NCBI GenBank assembly: GCA_965203905.1
Contig: CBDBDQ010000005.1
Location: 4,928,001-4,992,000 of the forward strand
Direction: 5' to 3'
Source of the DNA: Spirochaetia bacterium
Lineage (GTDB): Bacteria; Spirochaetota; Spirochaetia; SZUA-6; Bin103
DNA: 64,000 bases
Shown here: positions 59,028-64,000 of the stretch, piece after piece
Numbering within the stretch: the first letter of the stretch is position 1
How the letters are laid out: every line of letters starts with the position of its first letter
Position numbers and translations under genes: made by a program
The notes under the pieces: generated by a model
What the model was told of the DNA's origin: nothing
Database searches by the model: none
The model's input: the letters and a program-made list of their open reading frames with translations, nothing else

Positions 59028-60041
59028 CTACCGGTATTCCGTGGGACGCAGCCCGGGCACGGTCCCATGCGCGTTTCCCTTCCAGTAATACTGCAGCTCA
59101 TCGGACTCCCAGTTCTCGTAAACCTGCTCCCAGGTGAGCCGCCCGCCATGAACACGGAGGTTCTTCTCCATGATCGGGTCGGTCTTCTTCTGATAGCGGT
59201 AGTCGACGGAGAGCCGGACGCGGTCACCGGACACGTTCGGCAGGCCCTGGTGGGCCGTCTTGCTGTGGAAGAACAGCGCGTCGCCGAGCTCGAATGGGCT
59301 GGAGTGCCAGTCGCCGTTCAGGGCGTCGGGCTCGATGCTCAGCGCCCCGTCTGCATTCACTTCGAACACCGGCAGCACACCGCGCTGGTGCGAGCCACGC
59401 AGCACGGCCAGGCCGCCCATGGAGTGGGGGCACGCACCGAGCGGAATCCAACAGGTCCACACCTCGGGCGTCCCCTGAATGAAGATGAAATCCTGGTGTG
59501 GCGGAGTCGTGGCGGCGATGCCACTGGCGAACATCACGCGCGCACGAACGCCTGGCTGGGGCATTCCGGGCGCCCCGAGCAGGCTCGCGGCGATCTGCAG
59601 CAACGTTTTTTCGTGAGCCATGGTGTGAAACGACTCCAGCCGCTGCATCGCATCGTAGACCGGGTCGAACTCCGGCGTGCCCATGATCTTCGCATCTCGC
59701 GTGGAGATGGCGTCCATGGGGTCGGTGCCGTCGTCGAGCCACCCGGCGTTCCGGAGAATGGCGGTTACGTCACGGCGGAGCCGAAGGACGGAGTCGTGGC
59801 TCACCGCATCGTGCACGAACAGATAGCCGTCGCGCTGTGCCCGTTCTCGCAATCGATCCGGTGCGGCAAGGAGGTCTTTGCTGTCCAGGAACGGATACCC
59901 GGTGCGCTGGACGCGCCGCGGCACGTGCGCGGCGAGCTCTTCCTGCGTCATCGGCCGGCGGGGATCAACGTCGGTGTTCGACCAATCCATCTGCAGCATC
60001 GGCTTTGGTGCGACACGGTGGATGTCAGCGTCGGCGGCCAT
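59028..60041 (-). CDS. Phytanoyl-CoA dioxygenase (PhyH) family Fe(II)/2OG oxygenase
   Basis: RDGYLF, TPPHQD, WIPLG, GGLAVLRGSH, GDALFFH...H, RLSVDYRY. Confidence 0.88.
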   Translation of the reverse strand: MAADADIHRVAPKPMLQMDWSNTDVDPRRPMTQEELAAHVPRRVQRTGYPFLDSKDLLAAPDRLRERAQRDGYLFVHDAVSHDSVLRLRRDVTAILRNAGWLDDGTDPMDAISTRDAKIMGTPEFDPVYDAMQRLESFHTMAHEKTLLQIAASLLGAPGMPQPGVRARVMFASGIAATTPPHQDFIFIQGTPEVWTCWIPLGACPHSMGGLAVLRGSHQRGVLPVFEVNADGALSIEPDALNGDWHSSPFELGDALFFHSKTAHQGLPNVSGDRVRLSVDYRYQKKTDPIMEKNLRVHGGRLTWEQVYENWESDELQYYWKGNAHGTVPGLRPTEYR

Positions 60042-60428
60042 GCCTGAACTCCGAATCACACATCGCCACGCAATACCTCATCTCTTTCCCTCCTGGCCTT
60101 CCCGAATCCATTGCGCTCGTCCATTACTGGTTGTCAAACAGGTGATGCGTCGTGCAATAGCTGGCCATGTGGCCTTCGTCCCGGCCCCATAGTAGCGTAT
60201 GCAGTGCGCCGCTGCACGCCCAGGCCGCCAAGGCGCATGGTAGTCCGGCGGACGCTCATGGGCGACAAGTCGTTTTCGAAACACAGACTGGACCCGCTGA
60301 AATACCACCTGGAAGGTCTGCTTCATTCACCGCGCTTGGAACCGCAGTTTCGTGCTCGGCAACAATGCTGCCGTTCCTGCCGCTCGAAACGAGTTGCCGG
60401 CGCTGAGCGGCAGTGGTACGCTGGCGCC

Positions 60429-61442
60429 ATGCGCATCGCCAACCCCATGTACGACGCCGCATTCAAGTACCTGATGGATGACGATGCGTCGGCGCGGCTG
60501 CTGGTGGGCGCGGTGCTGGGCGAGGAGGTCGAGAGCCTGCAGCCGCTGCCGCAGGAGCGGGCGGTGCGGCTGGAGCCGGCGCCCGGTGAGCCTGCGTCCG
60601 GCGGGTTGCTGACCGTGCGGCGGGTGGACTTCGCGGCCACCGTGCGGACCGCTTCCGGCGACCGCTTGCGGGTGCTGGTGGAGGTGCAGAAGGCGCGCTT
60701 CACCGACGAAGTGATGCGCTTCCGGGAGTACCTGGGCCGCCACTATGCGGACCGGGAGAACTACGACACGGGGCCGGACGGGAGGCGCCGCCACCGACCG
60801 TTGCGGGCGATCTACATCCTGGGCGAGTGTCTGCCGCGCACGGAGGCGACGGTGCTGAAGGTGTCGCGGGAGTACCTGGACGCGGTCACCGGGGAGCGGG
60901 AGGAGTTCGCGGAGGCGCTGAGCCACGACTGCTGGGTGGTGCAGGTGCCGCTGCTGGCGTCGCGGCGGCACAGCGACCTGGAGCGGCTGCTGAGCGTGTT
61001 CGACCAGGCGTTGCAGGTGCCCGGGAACCGCAAGCTGCTGGAGGTGGGCGAGCGGCAAGTGCCGGAGCGCTACGCGCCGGTGTTGCGGCGCTTGGAGGGC
61101 GCCGCGGCGAGCGTGGAGGTGGCGGACTCGATGGCGCTGGAGGACGAGGTATTGGAGACCTGGGGCCGCATGAAGCGGGAGATCGCTGCGAAGGATGCGA
61201 CCCTGACGCGGGAACGGGCGGAGCATGACGCGGCCTTGGCGCGGGAACGGGCGGAGCGCGAAACGGCGCTGGCAGAGAAGGATGCGGCCCTGGCGCGGGA
61301 ACGGGCGGAGCGCGAGGCGGCGCTGTCAGAGAAGGATGTAGCCCTGGCGCGGGAACGGGCGGAGCGCGAGGCGGCCCAGGAGCGCGCTGCCGAGATGGCC
61401 CGGCGGCTGGCGGATCTCGGTCGCGAGTCGGGCAATTCATAG
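60429..61442 (+). CDS. PD-(D/E)XK nuclease-like (Rpn-related) protein with coiled-coil repeat tail, copy B
   Basis: Near-identical to 47132..48070; 4 aa fewer centrally and 29 aa more in the repeat tail. Confidence 0.75.
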   Translation: MRIANPMYDAAFKYLMDDDASARLLVGAVLGEEVESLQPLPQERAVRLEPAPGEPASGGLLTVRRVDFAATVRTASGDRLRVLVEVQKARFTDEVMRFREYLGRHYADRENYDTGPDGRRRHRPLRAIYILGECLPRTEATVLKVSREYLDAVTGEREEFAEALSHDCWVVQVPLLASRRHSDLERLLSVFDQALQVPGNRKLLEVGERQVPERYAPVLRRLEGAAASVEVADSMALEDEVLETWGRMKREIAAKDATLTRERAEHDAALARERAERETALAEKDAALARERAEREAALSEKDVALARERAEREAAQERAAEMARRLADLGRESGNS

Positions 61443-61644
61443 GGATAGCCGTTCGACTGGTCGCAACCGGAACGGTAACTGCGCCCGGCCGCGCAGTTGC
61501 AGGGACCGTTGCCGCACTCAGAAGCGCGCGTCGAACGTGAGCCCGACCTCGTGCTCCGGCGTGACGGCGGCGGCGGCCGCTCTGTCATCCGCGGCTTGGC
61601 GCGGCATCGTGTCGGAGAGGAACGGACGTGTTGTTCTCAGGGCT

Positions 61645-61870
61645 GGCAACGTGCTCGACAAGTTTCCGCAGTCGGTGCAGAGTAGGGCGATGACGATGCT
61701 CGGCGAGATGTGGCAGGCGCCGTCGCTGATCCGCTTGTGGAGCAGGCGGACCATCTCCTTCGTGATGAAGGGGCGAGCACTCGCGGGTCGTGAGCTGCCG
61801 GAGGCAGCCGCATAGCCCGAAGGATCGGAATCGATGGGTTCTCGCTCGCACCGATCCACCACATCTGACA
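61645..61870 (+). mobile_element. IS256-family transposase remnant and terminal sequence
   Basis: GNVLDKFPQSVQSRAMTMLGEMWQAP, later ..LPEAAA*, then CGATCCACCACATCTGACA resembling an IS256 end. Confidence 0.55.
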
Positions 61871-62004
61871 GCGTTTCCTGGCGAACAATCCTCTGTCGAA
61901 CAGTCCCCCGTCGAACATCCTTACTTAAAAGAATCCGCGCCCCTCCTCCATTTGGCAGACCATATTCAGAAGAATCCAACAGGAATTCATAGGGAGAAGA
62001 ACGA

Positions 62005-63927
62005 ATGAATAGAAAGGTATGGGTAACCATAACCGTTGCATTGCTGGCAAGCCTTGTGCTTGGATTCAATGCGTGGGCGTATAACGAATCGCCGATGCTG
62101 GCTGCTTTGGTAGCCAAGGGAGAGCTGCCGCCCGTCGACGAACGGCTGCCAATCGAGCCCCTGGTGAAAGTCGCGCCGGAGATCGGTCGCTACGGGGGCA
62201 CCGCCAGCAGCTTGTCGAGGAACTCCTGGCACGAAGGTGACCTTTTCGGATGGTGGCAGCAAGCCTCTACCCTGGAGGTCACACCAGACAGTCAAGTAGG
62301 TCCAGGCGTAGCGAAAGATTTTGAGCTGTCGGACGACCAGATGACGTTCACTCTCTTTCTGCGAGAAGGAATGAAGTGGTCGGACGGTGCGCCGTTTACC
62401 GCGGATGCCTACGTCTTCCGTTACCAGGATCTCGGTGTGAATCCAGACATGCCATGGGGGTATCGTAGCAACGAACCGATCGAGTCGATGACGGCCGTCG
62501 ATGACTACACGCTGCAGATCACGTTCAGCAAGCCTTATCCGAGGATTGTCATCAGCATGGCCAACGAGGATGGTGCCGACTGGAACCGGATACGGCCCAA
62601 GCACTACCTGAAAAAATGGCACCCGGATTACAACCCGGATGCCGACAAGATTTCCAAGGAAGAAGGGTTCGACAACTGGGGTCAGGCGATGGCCCACCAT
62701 GGCAACTGGAATTACGTCGTGGATCCGGATGTCCCGACGCTCCGACCTTGGGTGCTGCGCCAGGAGAGTGCCACTACCCGTCTCTACGAACGAAACGCAT
62801 TCTGGTATTGCGTCGACACTGCAGACAACCAGCTTCCCTACATCGACCGGGTGCAAGCCACGCTCGCGGATGGCGAAACGTACAAGCTGAAGGTCCTCAG
62901 TGGAGAGGTAACGTGGGCCAAGTTCCCCGCTTTCGAGGATTTTACGCTCTACAAGCAAAACGAGGCCAGCGGAGACTACAAGGTGCTGGTGCTGTCGGGA
63001 CTGTTTGGCGGTATGCACACCTATCACGTCAACCAGAACCATGAAGAGCCGGTTCTGGCCGAAGTCTTGCGTGATCTGCGATTTCGCAGGGCTTTGTCCC
63101 TGGCCATCGACCGCGATCAGATGAACGAAACTCTCTATAGCGGCATGGGTGTGCCACGACAGATTACGGTAAACCCGGATGTAAGCTACTACAAGCCTGA
63201 ATGGGGAGAGGAACATCCCTATGCCCGGTACGATCCGGATCAGGCTAACCAATTGCTCGACGAAATGGGTCTTACGGAGAGGGACAGAGACGGCTTCCGC
63301 AAGCTCCCGAACGGCGAAACCCTCAATATCACCGTGGTCTCCTACGGTATCTGGATAGCACCGGAAGGGGAGGAGCTGGTAAAGGAATATTGGGGAGATG
63401 TGGGTATCAAGAGCACCCTGAGACTCGTCGAACCCGGTTTCTTCTGGGATTACCGCGGGACCAACGAGTGGGTGATTTTCTCGGAACGGGCCACCGGTAC
63501 TGACGAGTTCTACACGGACGGTGATGCCGGCCGGATCGGCAATCCGCTGGGCGAGAACTGGGGCGCCAGTTGGAGTCAATACCTGCAAGCCAAGAGGGCG
63601 ATTGACGCGGGTATCAAGACCCTTGACGACTATGAAGGCGGGGTAATGCCCGGCGAGATGCCATCACCGCTGGTGATGGAGCTTTGGGACAATCTCATGA
63701 CCGCATACTCGTCGGTATTCGGTTCCGAGGAATACCGAATGGGTTACGAGAGGGCGTTCGAGATTTTCGCAGAGCAGTTGTGGGTAATCGGCACGGTGGG
63801 ACTGGTGCCCGACCTCAGAATTGCGAAGAACAACCTGGGGAACGCTACCCAGGAATGGTTCAATAGCCCGGGTACGGCAATCAACCGGTGGGGCCAGTAC
63901 GACTGGGCCCTTTACTTCAAGGAGTAA
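62005..63927 (+). CDS. ABC transporter substrate-binding protein, family 5
   Basis: Signal peptide, YNESPML..GELPPVDERLP, KWSDGAPFTAD, NQLPYID. Confidence 0.92.
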   Translation: MNRKVWVTITVALLASLVLGFNAWAYNESPMLAALVAKGELPPVDERLPIEPLVKVAPEIGRYGGTASSLSRNSWHEGDLFGWWQQASTLEVTPDSQVGPGVAKDFELSDDQMTFTLFLREGMKWSDGAPFTADAYVFRYQDLGVNPDMPWGYRSNEPIESMTAVDDYTLQITFSKPYPRIVISMANEDGADWNRIRPKHYLKKWHPDYNPDADKISKEEGFDNWGQAMAHHGNWNYVVDPDVPTLRPWVLRQESATTRLYERNAFWYCVDTADNQLPYIDRVQATLADGETYKLKVLSGEVTWAKFPAFEDFTLYKQNEASGDYKVLVLSGLFGGMHTYHVNQNHEEPVLAEVLRDLRFRRALSLAIDRDQMNETLYSGMGVPRQITVNPDVSYYKPEWGEEHPYARYDPDQANQLLDEMGLTERDRDGFRKLPNGETLNITVVSYGIWIAPEGEELVKEYWGDVGIKSTLRLVEPGFFWDYRGTNEWVIFSERATGTDEFYTDGDAGRIGNPLGENWGASWSQYLQAKRAIDAGIKTLDDYEGGVMPGEMPSPLVMELWDNLMTAYSSVFGSEEYRMGYERAFEIFAEQLWVIGTVGLVPDLRIAKNNLGNATQEWFNSPGTAINRWGQYDWALYFKE

Positions 63928-63952
63928 GACTCGGGGATCGAGGAATCATGGG

Positions 63953-63984
63953 GCAGCGGGTGGCTGTGTGCAGCCACTCGCTGC
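63953..63984 (+). terminator. Stem-loop after SBP
   Basis: GCAGCGGGTGGCTG-TGTG-CAGCCACTCGCTGC. Confidence 0.65.
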
Positions 63985-64000
63985 GTCCGCACCCTGCTGG

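Noticed and set aside
268-63588. Many long antisense or alternate-frame ORFs (e.g. 268..1620, 18324..19976, 37266..39353, 61987..63588)
   Set aside because: Shadow ORFs caused by high GC and codon bias opposite genes with clear family motifs

Overview
This is a high-GC, gene-dense accessory region. The solute-binding protein (SBP) signal peptides (e.g. FAAGESEE, VFGGGEAE, HGAGEEE) suggest a Spirochaetales-like bacterium, but that is inference only. Nutrient scavenging dominates: 2 carbohydrate ABC sets, 3 complete Opp/Dpp-type SBP+permease sets, one split set, and no intact ABC ATPase. Catabolic enzymes include GH32, a sialidase-like propeller, 2 CocE/NonD hydrolases, a PhnZ/TmpB-like HD oxygenase, 2 PhyH dioxygenases, a sarcosine-oxidase-like operon, a metallophosphoesterase-PHP fusion, and a LicC-like nucleotidyltransferase paired with a MetE-like protein. 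There is one tRNA-Arg(CCG), an apparently complete IS110 with a candidate bridge RNA, IS21 and IS256 relics, and three PD-(D/E)XK Rpn-like genes. Four signals stand out. (1) Intergenic DNA is built from short copies of genes lying 3-17 kb away in the same window, including a 1.5-kb collinear condensed copy of the 55-64 kb block with reciprocal deletions; the Rpn-like nuclease is the only gene intact in both copies. (2) An Rpn gene with an intragenic RBS/ATG sits inside a segment bracketed by 112-bp direct repeats. (3) A duplicated ~270-nt structured 5' leader carries a variable GCTCACC heptamer array that sets the frame of an upstream ORF. (4) The IS110 noncoding end matches its own donor and target sites, and its transposase has Thr at the expected catalytic Ser position. 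All annotations were made by eye from motifs; no database searches were run.
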